Origin: a virus
Lineage: Duplodnaviria; Caudoviricetes
Strand: one strand, 5' to 3'
DNA: 33,500 bases
IMG/VR virus record: IMGVR_UViG_3300033067_000378
Coordinates: 1 to 33,500 of that record
A program made the translations under genes and the position numbers. Under the pieces are notes generated by a model that made no database searches, was not told the DNA's origin, and was given only the letters and a program-made list of their open reading frames with translations. Of the stretch, positions 25,365-33,406 are shown in pieces (position 1 is the stretch's first letter; every line of letters begins with the position of its first letter).

Positions 25365-25577
25365 TTAACCGTTAAAGTCGGTCGCTTTCGTAGTCGTTAA
25401 AGTAGTCGGAGTACTTACGACACGGTTAATGATTAAGAGTATCGAAAGGATACCTTGTATTGTTCCGGCTACCTTAGGAGGAAGAGCGTCGGTAGGGATA
25501 GCCTGTAAAATACCTATCGCTCCTAAGAGGATAGCCAACCATAAAGTCTTTGAGTATATAAAATGTTTAGTGTCCAT
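25365..25577 (-). CDS. Putative holin
   Basis: SKTLW followed by two hydrophobic helices; next to the endolysin. Confidence 0.7.
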   Translation of the reverse strand: MDTKHFIYSKTLWLAILLGAIGILQAIPTDALPPKVAGTIQGILSILLIINRVVSTPTTLTTTKATDFNG

Positions 25578-26337
25578 AAGTTTTATTAAGGTAGTTAATT
25601 GTTAATGCTCCTACTCGCTGTCCGTTTAACTTCTCTATCTCCGTCGGACTAGCGATAGAGTGTTTTAGTTGTAAAAGTTTAACGGCCTTAGCGGTAGCGT
25701 CGTCGTACGTTCCGTTGTCCCCTCCCCTAGTGAGTAGTCCCTCATAAATAAGGATTTGCTGTAGAAAAACTACATCAGAAGACCTAGTACCGTAGGGGAG
25801 GGGAGTACTGAAAGTATGAGTAGGTCGAACTATTCCGGTCTGACTAAGAGTTAGACGCTTAGTAAGTTCGAGTACTCCGAAGTAAATATCGTCGGTCTTA
25901 TAATCGCATACGCTATGGTGGTCTACGAGTATAGGATTAGGGATACCGGAGTTCTTAATTATTTCAAGAGCAGTTTTATACTGCCACTCCGTAAGTGTAG
26001 CACCGTCCTCCGGAAACCACACGAACTCTATACCGATAAGATACTGGTTAGGGTTAATGTACTTACCGGTCGTAGGGTCTTTCTTAAGAAACTGATCTGC
26101 TCTCGGTAGGGGGTTTCGTACAGTTCCACAATGCCACGCTACGTCTTCGTTCTTAACTAACTGTATAACCTCCCCATCTTTCTTTCCGATAATATAATGA
26201 GCGGAGCTAGGGTTAGGTCTATCTCCTTTAAGGAGCCACTCTACCGCTCCGGCGTAGCTACCTAGAGTACCGTGTAGGACGAAACCTAGTTTTTTACTAG
26301 TACCCTTTGCAAAGTTTGGAGATTGCTTAAAGTTCAT
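25567..26337 (-). CDS. Endolysin: N-acetylmuramoyl-L-alanine amidase (Amidase_2) plus peptidoglycan-binding domain
   Basis: VLHGT, SAHYII, AWHCG, IGIE; C-terminal YGTRSSDVVFLQQIL...TAKAVKLLQ. Confidence 0.9.
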   Translation of the reverse strand: MNFKQSPNFAKGTSKKLGFVLHGTLGSYAGAVEWLLKGDRPNPSSAHYIIGKKDGEVIQLVKNEDVAWHCGTVRNPLPRADQFLKKDPTTGKYINPNQYLIGIEFVWFPEDGATLTEWQYKTALEIIKNSGIPNPILVDHHSVCDYKTDDIYFGVLELTKRLTLSQTGIVRPTHTFSTPLPYGTRSSDVVFLQQILIYEGLLTRGGDNGTYDDATAKAVKLLQLKHSIASPTEIEKLNGQRVGALTINYLNKTYGH

Positions 26338-26339
26338 AA

Positions 26340-26624
26340 TTAGTGTTTGAAAAAGTTAGTAAGCCACGCTACGAGTAGAGAGATAAATATACCTATAAGT
26401 GTGGTAATAACTGTAATACGCCCTAGAGAGTTAGCTCTCCATAACTCTATAACTGTTACTCGTAGAGATACGCCTTTAACTTCTTCCGATACCTTATTAA
26501 GATTATCGTCTACGTTTTTTATTTTAGTCGAGAGATTTTCTTCGAGGTTATTCATTTTAACGTCAAAGAGTTCTTTCATACTCTTTATCTCCGATATAAT
26601 TAAGTCTTCGTATATTTTAGTCAT
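26340..26624 (-). CDS. Coiled-coil membrane protein (holin-like lysis accessory)
   Basis: Coiled coil plus one C-terminal TM helix, upstream of the endolysin. Confidence 0.65.
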   Translation of the reverse strand: MTKIYEDLIISEIKSMKELFDVKMNNLEENLSTKIKNVDDNLNKVSEEVKGVSLRVTVIELWRANSLGRITVITTLIGIFISLLVAWLTNFFKH

Positions 26625-26625
26625 A

Positions 26626-26766
26626 TTATTCTTCTTGTAAAATTACGTTAGTATGTCCTAGCGAGTGTTTATGTAAAGTCTGTATAAGAGTAGCGTCTTC
26701 GAAGATCTGCTCTACGGCTAGTACCTCTTTACAGTCTTCGCATTGTACTTTATAAGTTACTATCAT
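26626..26766 (-). CDS. Small CxxC/His protein (46 aa, not in ORF track)
   Basis: ATGA overlap with the upstream gene; MIVTYKVQCEDCKEVLAVEQIFEDATLIQTLHKHSLGHTNVILQEE; TAA-T-ATG coupling downstream. Confidence 0.65.
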   Translation of the reverse strand: MIVTYKVQCEDCKEVLAVEQIFEDATLIQTLHKHSLGHTNVILQEE

Positions 26767-27956
26767 CTTTCCATTATATTAAGGGTACCGGTAATAACAT
26801 TTAGCGTAGTAGCAGACGCTAGAGAAAAAGGAAAGATACAGCTACCGTTATATAGCTTTACCCCTGGGTTTTGGATAGGAACTCCGGACGGAGTTCCTAC
26901 GTTCGCTAGTATCATAGGCTGACTATCTATATCTCGATAAGCGATAAGAGATACCGCTCCGGCCGTTAGCGATACGGCTAGAGTAATAGTCTGTATACTT
27001 CGAACTCCTCTATCTCCGGCTTGTAACTTAAACGGTACGAACGTACCTATAACCGCCGTAGCCGGAAAGCTATCTATAGCCGTACCTACGGTCGCCGTTC
27101 TACCGGCGGTACCGTCGCTATTCGTGTAGCTTACGGTCATAGTAGAGTTAAGTGCAGCGTTCGTGGTAGCGGTAGTAACGAGAAGTCCGATATATACTCC
27201 CTCGCCGTTAGTAGAGCCGTTATCGTCTCTCGCAGGAAACGCAACAGAGTTTATCGTTTGAGCTGTCGTAGTAGTAACTACTAGACCGGAGTTTACCCAT
27301 AAAATATCTCGTAAGAATAAATGGGTCGCTACCGAAGTCGCTCCACTAAACTTAGTAAGGTAGTTACTTCCTGTAACCGGATTAGTATAAGGGATACAAC
27401 CGGCGTCGGTAGTAGTAGTACCGTCCGTAGTTCTTCCGGCGAGGCCTGGTGTTCCGATAACCCACGCCCCTGGGTTTCCGGTATCTTTAGAATAACAGTA
27501 ATAGTTTCCTATTGCCTCCGACGCTGTACCTACTTTATAAAAAGACTTTGTTATTCCTTTATATCCAGCGAAAGTAGTAGCACTAACTTTCTCTACTCCG
27601 TTAACATCAAAAACTTTCCAACCTTGACTGTCGATATACTGTAAAGTATCTCCGGCGGAGAGAGTAAAAGTAGGAGTAATATAATACTCCGTCGCTGATA
27701 TATCTTTCTTAAAGGTTACTTGTTGAGCCGTCGTCGTGCTACGGTTTCTAACGGTAATAAGTTTTACTTGCCGTTGAGTAGAGGCAGACGGAGCCGAGAG
27801 GACGGTCGTAGTAGTAGCGGTAGAGATATTTCCCTCGTTAGTAGACGGAGCGAACGTCGTAGTAGTTATATCGACGTAGGCGATAGAGTAGTCTATCGAA
27901 ACCGCTTGACTAGTTAGTATCTCTAAAGTTTCTGTAGTTGCTTTTAGTAATATCAT
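26763..27956 (-). CDS. Thr-rich beta-structured virion protein
   Basis: 397 aa; composition and position in the fibre-like cluster. Confidence 0.65.
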   Translation of the reverse strand: MILLKATTETLEILTSQAVSIDYSIAYVDITTTTFAPSTNEGNISTATTTTVLSAPSASTQRQVKLITVRNRSTTTAQQVTFKKDISATEYYITPTFTLSAGDTLQYIDSQGWKVFDVNGVEKVSATTFAGYKGITKSFYKVGTASEAIGNYYCYSKDTGNPGAWVIGTPGLAGRTTDGTTTTDAGCIPYTNPVTGSNYLTKFSGATSVATHLFLRDILWVNSGLVVTTTTAQTINSVAFPARDDNGSTNGEGVYIGLLVTTATTNAALNSTMTVSYTNSDGTAGRTATVGTAIDSFPATAVIGTFVPFKLQAGDRGVRSIQTITLAVSLTAGAVSLIAYRDIDSQPMILANVGTPSGVPIQNPGVKLYNGSCIFPFSLASATTLNVITGTLNIMER

Positions 27957-27967
27957 ATATATATATT

Positions 27968-28207
27968 TTACACTCTAAATGAAAGTCTCCCTAGTACTTC
28001 CTGTTGAGTAAGTCCTCCGCCTCCCCCTGGTGGCGTCTGCCACGTTAAGTCGTCTCTTAGGAACTTACCGGTAGGAGTAGGGAGTTTAGGAAAGAGACCG
28101 TGTTGAGCGGTCGATACGTCTAGCGTCGTTACGTCGGCGAAAAATAAATCTGCCTCCGTAAGTGTAGCGTCTTTAACTTGTCCGCCTCGTACTTCGGTCT
28201 TAGCCAT
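27968..28207 (-). CDS. Small fibre-like virion protein
   Basis: HGLFPKL...KFLRDDLTW fibre-type repeat, Gly linker. Confidence 0.65.
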   Translation of the reverse strand: MAKTEVRGGQVKDATLTEADLFFADVTTLDVSTAQHGLFPKLPTPTGKFLRDDLTWQTPPGGGGGLTQQEVLGRLSFRV

Positions 28208-28208
28208 A

Positions 28209-28925
28209 TTACTTCATATAAGAAACTCTTATCTTATCTCCGGAGATAGGAGCGGTTAAGTAGGTAATAGTAGCACCGGAGATAGTGTAGTCGTTTCCGG
28301 CTCCGGCCTCTTGGAGAATACCGTTAAGATAAACTTCTTCCGTTCCGGCAGTAGGAGTGTTAGCGAGAGTAAATGTAGTGTTAGAGCCGTTAACCGTTCC
28401 GGACGGAGTTTCCTTTTTAACGAAGTTAGTAGCCGAAAGTCCTGCTCCTGCTGAGGAGAACTGAGAGAAAGAAAGAGCCGTCGTATTAAGTACGATAGCG
28501 TCGTTAGTAGTACAGACCCAGCCGGTATCAGCGAGAGTAGTTCCCTCCGCTACGAAACAGTACATACCTGCGGTTACTTTAGCCGAAGTGTCGGCGTCGG
28601 TTGCTCTAGTCGGTGCTCCGGATACGTTAACGGTATAGATACCGTTCTCCGAGACGGTCGCTTGGTTTTTTATAAGGATACGGTCTCCGGTTACGAGAGT
28701 AACTCCGTCTACTACGCTACCGTTAGCGAAAGAAGACGCTAGAGTTCCGGCTACCGTAGTCGCTACACGAACGGACGCTTTAATATCGAGACCCTGTATA
28801 AGGCCGTCGACGTAACTCTTAATCGCTACGTCCGTAGACGCTGACGGCGTACCGAAGTTCTGAGAGGCGTTAGTTATTGTATTCGGAGCGATTTGTCTTG
28901 TTCCGTCTATTTTAGTTACTGACAT
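28209..28925 (-). CDS. Head decoration / fibre protein
   Basis: DVAIKSYVD, SVRVATT, GDRILIKNQ...ENGIY; C-terminal ETPSGTVNGSN domain. Confidence 0.7.
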   Translation of the reverse strand: MSVTKIDGTRQIAPNTITNASQNFGTPSASTDVAIKSYVDGLIQGLDIKASVRVATTVAGTLASSFANGSVVDGVTLVTGDRILIKNQATVSENGIYTVNVSGAPTRATDADTSAKVTAGMYCFVAEGTTLADTGWVCTTNDAIVLNTTALSFSQFSSAGAGLSATNFVKKETPSGTVNGSNTTFTLANTPTAGTEEVYLNGILQEAGAGNDYTISGATITYLTAPISGDKIRVSYMK

Positions 28926-28944
28926 AATTTATAGTGTTTAATTT

Positions 28945-29778
28945 TTAGTATTTATAATCTGCTAGTAGTACGTCCGTAGGTATCGGAGCGGACACTAGAG
29001 TGATAACGCTACCTACGATAGAGTAGTCGCTAGTCGGCGTCTGCCTAAGTCCATTATAATATAAATGTAATGTTCCAGTTAGTGGAGTGTGCAATAACGT
29101 AAAAGTAACGTTAGAGCCGTTTATCGTTCCGCTAGGTACTTCGTTATCCGAGAAGTTAGGAGACGTACCGGTACCGCCTCCGGTATCTCCGCTACCTCCT
29201 CCTACGATATTACTACCTCCTCTATAGGCCTTAGTAACCTCTCCCTTAATAAGTTCCTCGATACCCTTAATAGCCTTAGCCGAGAGCCTCTGCTTTCCGG
29301 TAAGACTTTCAAGTTTATTTCTGATCTGCGTAGCGGTAATATCCGTACCGTCCTTACCTTTCTCCCCTCTTTCTCCGTCGAAGTAGTCTTTACCCTTTAT
29401 AGGGGTAATAGACTTCTTAATCTTCTCTATATCTAGGGTAGGGGACTTACCGTCCTTACCTGCTTTACCCTGTAAACCTCTAAGACCTCTCGCTCCTCGT
29501 ATACCCTGCTTACCGGTTAGTTTCTTCCTTAGAGCAGGGTCAATTTTAATTTCGTAGGTGTACTCCTCTTTTTTTTTTACCTCCTCTACGAGGGTATCAA
29601 GTTTTTCTATTACAGGAGTAAAGTCGACCGGCTCTTCCTCCGGTATCTCTTTATCGTATATCTGTCTAAGGAGTTCGTTTCCCTCCGCTACGGCGTTCTT
29701 AAGAGCGACGATATAAGGACGTACCTCGTTCTGTAGTCCGTCCTTAAGTATTTTCTTTTGTACTTTTTCGTCTATCAT
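28945..29778 (-). CDS. Collagen-like repeat virion protein
   Basis: GXY repeats, PIKGKDYFDG, C-terminal EVPSGTINGSN domain. Confidence 0.75.
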   Translation of the reverse strand: MIDEKVQKKILKDGLQNEVRPYIVALKNAVAEGNELLRQIYDKEIPEEEPVDFTPVIEKLDTLVEEVKKKEEYTYEIKIDPALRKKLTGKQGIRGARGLRGLQGKAGKDGKSPTLDIEKIKKSITPIKGKDYFDGERGEKGKDGTDITATQIRNKLESLTGKQRLSAKAIKGIEELIKGEVTKAYRGGSNIVGGGSGDTGGGTGTSPNFSDNEVPSGTINGSNVTFTLLHTPLTGTLHLYYNGLRQTPTSDYSIVGSVITLVSAPIPTDVLLADYKY

Positions 29779-29781
29779 AGA

Positions 29782-31860
29782 TTAGTCGTTAGAGTTATCC
29801 TCGAATACCGGTAAGGTCGTACACTCGCAGTTAGGGTGTGGGTCTGGAGGCTGTACTGAGCCGTCCTTAAAGGTCGCTCCTATTTCTACTACCTGTCCCT
29901 CGTTACCTTTACAGTCTTCGTCCTGAGGGTCTACTACTAGCCATTCCCATTGTTGGATACCGGCGTCTTTATAGGCTATCTTTGCTCCCTCGTTAGAAGA
30001 CGCTGACGCCTCCGTTCTCGCTATCATATCCGTACGGCTACCCTGAGCGATACCGTATACGTCGGATACTCTAGCCGAAAGTTGCTCTAGGTCTTCTCCC
30101 TCGTCTAGTCCTGACTGGATACTGTCTAGTAAAGCGGTCTTAGTAGTATCGTTTATAGTTTCTCCGAAGAGAGACGCTCTCTTAGAGATAAAGGCCTGTA
30201 CTTCCGGACTAGTAGCGTCGAAACTATCTCCTCCGGCTAGGATAGTAGCCTGTTCTCCGGCTCGTTTAAGATACTCCGATAGGAAAGGAGTAATAAGAGA
30301 TACGCTCGTCTTAATAGCGTTCTCCTCGTCGAAGAGTACGTCGTTAAGAGCCTTAAGTTTATATTCCTTAACCTCTAGTCCGGCGTATTCGTTCTTAAGA
30401 TTTTTAAGTACCTCCTTTTCTTGTTTCTCGAAGAAAGCCCTCATACGCTTGGTAAGTTCGCTACGGCTAGAGTTTAAGTTCGCTTTCCAGACGCTAGTAT
30501 AGTTCTCCTTAGTAAGTCCTCCGATATGTTTATAGGTCTTACGAGTAGGCATTTTACCGACGAACTCAGCTACGGCTTTTTCAGCGATAGTCATTTTAGA
30601 AGTATCTACCTTTTCTATAGGCTTAGAGTTAGTCTTCTTTTTCTTAGGAGCAGGTAACGTGTCGATAGGTACGAGGTTAAGTCCTCCCATAATAGTATCT
30701 CCCTCCGTAGTAGGAGGTAGACCCTCTCTCGCTCGTATCTCGTTTCTAGTAAGCCACTTATCTATACCGGCGGTATATTCGGCGATAGTCTCTAGTCTAT
30801 CCTCCTTAACAGGACTTTCGAATACGAACTCGTACTTATCCTGTTCGTCGAAGTCCGGAAGTAGGAACTCGTTAAGAGTGTCTACGATATTCTGCATAAG
30901 TTCCTTAACCGTAAAGAGGTTAAAGACGTAGATAGAGGCGTCGGCGGTCGCTCGGTTAACACTATCCGTTACTCCTAGAATAGTCTTAGGTACTTGGAAG
31001 ATAGCGAGGATTTCGTCTCGGTTAAGTATTTTCTGATCTGCGAACTGCATTTCTGTCTGAGAGCGAGTAGTCTCTTTCCACGTTATACCTCCGGAAAGGA
31101 TAGCGGTCTTATGAGAGTTACTACTTCCTTTATGCTCTGCGTCCCATTCCGCTCTTAGGCGTTGGTACTCTTCCGTAGCCATAGCACCGTCTCCGGTAAC
31201 TTCTAGTATTCCGTCCGGTTGTGCGGAGTTCTTGAAAAACTTATAGTTCCAGTTACGGATTTCGTTATCGGTAGCGATAGCCCACTGAGACGCCTCTACT
31301 ACTCCTGTCCCTAAATGAGGGAAAGGCCAGTCGGCGTTAGGGTTAAAGTTCTTAAAGTGGAGAACTTCGTTAGGCTCTAAAGGTATGTTCTTACCTCCGT
31401 CCTGCTTAAAGATATATCCGGCTACTACGAGAGGGTTAGTCTTATCGGTAATAATTTTTACCTTGTCCGGTCTCATTATGTAAATCTCCTTTATCTCTTT
31501 CTTACCGTTCTCGTCTCTAGCGAGAAACCAGAAAGCATTACCGTTAAGGTCTAAGAAAGACTGCGTCGCTCGGAGCAAGTCCTTTTTAGTCATATAAGGG
31601 TTAACACGGTTAAGGAGGTCGAGGATAGGATTATTCTCTATCTCTTCTCCGTTAGCGTCTACGAGAGAGAGGTCGATATTAGCGACGGCGTTACTACGAA
31701 CTTTTACACAGGCGTATACCCAGTTTTTATATTCTTCGAGACCCTTTATAGGAGTTAGTCCGGAACTAAGACCTACTCCGTAACGATTACTTAAAACCTG
31801 TACGAAAGGAGACTTAACTCCTTTCGCTACCGACTGTATAAAGCGTGTAAATATATTCAT
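29782..31860 (-). CDS. HK97-family portal fused to a MuF/SPP1 gp7-like head morphogenesis domain
   Basis: WVYACV, LLNRVNPYM, LNGNAFW, EVLHFK, FFKNSAQP, TRNEIR; C-terminal MIARTE...WEW...PPDPHPNCECT. Confidence 0.9.
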   Translation of the reverse strand: MNIFTRFIQSVAKGVKSPFVQVLSNRYGVGLSSGLTPIKGLEEYKNWVYACVKVRSNAVANIDLSLVDANGEEIENNPILDLLNRVNPYMTKKDLLRATQSFLDLNGNAFWFLARDENGKKEIKEIYIMRPDKVKIITDKTNPLVVAGYIFKQDGGKNIPLEPNEVLHFKNFNPNADWPFPHLGTGVVEASQWAIATDNEIRNWNYKFFKNSAQPDGILEVTGDGAMATEEYQRLRAEWDAEHKGSSNSHKTAILSGGITWKETTRSQTEMQFADQKILNRDEILAIFQVPKTILGVTDSVNRATADASIYVFNLFTVKELMQNIVDTLNEFLLPDFDEQDKYEFVFESPVKEDRLETIAEYTAGIDKWLTRNEIRAREGLPPTTEGDTIMGGLNLVPIDTLPAPKKKKTNSKPIEKVDTSKMTIAEKAVAEFVGKMPTRKTYKHIGGLTKENYTSVWKANLNSSRSELTKRMRAFFEKQEKEVLKNLKNEYAGLEVKEYKLKALNDVLFDEENAIKTSVSLITPFLSEYLKRAGEQATILAGGDSFDATSPEVQAFISKRASLFGETINDTTKTALLDSIQSGLDEGEDLEQLSARVSDVYGIAQGSRTDMIARTEASASSNEGAKIAYKDAGIQQWEWLVVDPQDEDCKGNEGQVVEIGATFKDGSVQPPDPHPNCECTTLPVFEDNSND

Positions 31861-31943
31861 ATAAAAAAGTTATTTTATAATTTAAGTATAACACAAGAAA
31901 GGCTCGACTACGTTTATGCACAGTACTTTTATACACAACTTTC

Positions 31944-31973
31944 TTGACTACCGGTAAAGTTTTGTTTTATAAT
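31944..31973 (+). promoter_or_regulatory. Sigma70-type promoter, antisense to the late genes
   Basis: TTGACT-18 nt-TATAAT. Confidence 0.6.
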
Positions 31974-32018
31974 ATAGATGTCGTCGACCGTATGCGTGAT
32001 ACAAGCCTAGTGCTTGGG

Positions 32019-32049
32019 AAAGAGACCTCTTAGCGGAGGTCTCTTTTTT
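32019..32049. terminator. Bidirectional terminator
   Basis: AAAGAGACCTCT-TAGC-GGAGGTCTCTTT followed by a T run. Confidence 0.8.
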
Positions 32050-33406
32050 ATGCCCACATTATCTTAGGAACACTAGCGAACTCGAAGTACATCCTCATCA
32101 TTAAAGTATCGGAGAAGTCCGGAGAGCGTCCGAGATGTTCCTTAACCTTATCCTTAGGGAGTACCGCTAACTTACTATCCTTATCCATTCCGTATTGCTT
32201 GATCTGTTCTAGTTCCTCGACTATCATTTCCTTAATCTTTTCGTTAGTAGTATCTACTCGTATCTCTCCGGCGTTTATCTTCTTCGCTAGTAAGAAGTAA
32301 CACTGACTTTTAAGGTTATTATAGTTCTCCTTTCTAAACGGTGCGGAGTTGTTAACGAAACCCTTACAGCCTAGATAGTCCTTAACTCCTCCTCCTACTC
32401 CGTCCTCGTCGACGATTATCTTACTTATCGGTACGGCGTAGGTCTCTCGCCATTGTTTTATGATACCGGCCGTACTAGGTACGCTAGGGTCGTTAGGGTC
32501 AGGTACCGTTCGTATCTTCGAGTAACGAGCGATACGCTTACAGGCGTAGCCCTCCCAGTAAGAGATTACCGTACTATCGCTACCCATACGAGCGACGTCG
32601 CAGACGATATACTTATCCGTACTAGCCGGAACGATATTAGAGAATATATCCTGCATAGCCTCGTAGTCGATAAGTTTCGTAGGGTCGTCGTCGTACTCCC
32701 AGTTACCGAAGAGGAGACGCTCCTTAATCTCCTTAGGCTGTCTACGGAGGTTATCGACGTAGGTACTATCTATAAACGGATTATCCGTAACGAGAGACTG
32801 TAAGAAAGCCTTATCGTAAGGAAGAGTACCTCGCTTATAAGGTAGGTAAAACTCTGAGTAGAGATAGTTCTTACTAGGGTTACAGGTCATTAGTTGCTTA
32901 GGGATAAGTTTATTCTCCGTAAGACGATAACGGATACGAGAGCGTAGAGTATCCTTACCTTTCTGTTCTACCTGCTGAGCCTCATCTACGAACGTAGCCG
33001 TAAACTCGTAAGACCCTAGACGGTCGTAGTTAGGGTCGCTCGGATAGTGGTCGAGTTCTAAGAGAAAGATAATACTCTTCGTCTGAGGGAAGAGTATAGT
33101 ATTCGTATTCTGATTATAAACGTAGTCTCTACCGTCCTTAAGTCCGTCTAGTTGTAGTTGGTCGAAGAGTGTAAGGAGAGTAGTTTCCTTTAGTCTCTTT
33201 AACTCCTTACGAGCGATAGCGAAACGGATACCCTTATAGCCTACGCACATATCTATAGCGAACATACAACCTAGTCGAGACTTACCGCCTCCTCCACCTC
33301 CTCCGTAAAGTAGTTCGGTTACTACGCTATTACGAAGTATATTAAGAGCCTCGTACTGTTTCTCCGATACCTTTCTTAAAATACGAGTACTAGTGGCTAG
33401 TTGCAT
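32048..33406 (-). CDS. terL: Terminase large subunit
   Basis: Walker A YGGGGGGGKS, Walker B FVDEA, TCNP, nuclease motifs CDVARMGSD, VDEDGVGGGV, SPDFSD. Confidence 0.95.
   Translation of the reverse strand: MQLATSTRILRKVSEKQYEALNILRNSVVTELLYGGGGGGGKSRLGCMFAIDMCVGYKGIRFAIARKELKRLKETTLLTLFDQLQLDGLKDGRDYVYNQNTNTILFPQTKSIIFLLELDHYPSDPNYDRLGSYEFTATFVDEAQQVEQKGKDTLRSRIRYRLTENKLIPKQLMTCNPSKNYLYSEFYLPYKRGTLPYDKAFLQSLVTDNPFIDSTYVDNLRRQPKEIKERLLFGNWEYDDDPTKLIDYEAMQDIFSNIVPASTDKYIVCDVARMGSDSTVISYWEGYACKRIARYSKIRTVPDPNDPSVPSTAGIIKQWRETYAVPISKIIVDEDGVGGGVKDYLGCKGFVNNSAPFRKENYNNLKSQCYFLLAKKINAGEIRVDTTNEKIKEMIVEELEQIKQYGMDKDSKLAVLPKDKVKEHLGRSPDFSDTLMMRMYFEFASVPKIMWA

Noticed and set aside
29569-29578. A10 run (minus strand) as a programmed frameshift or phase-variation site
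   Set aside because: It encodes Lys-Lys-Lys in frame and the -1 frame stops within a few codons; no supporting evidence
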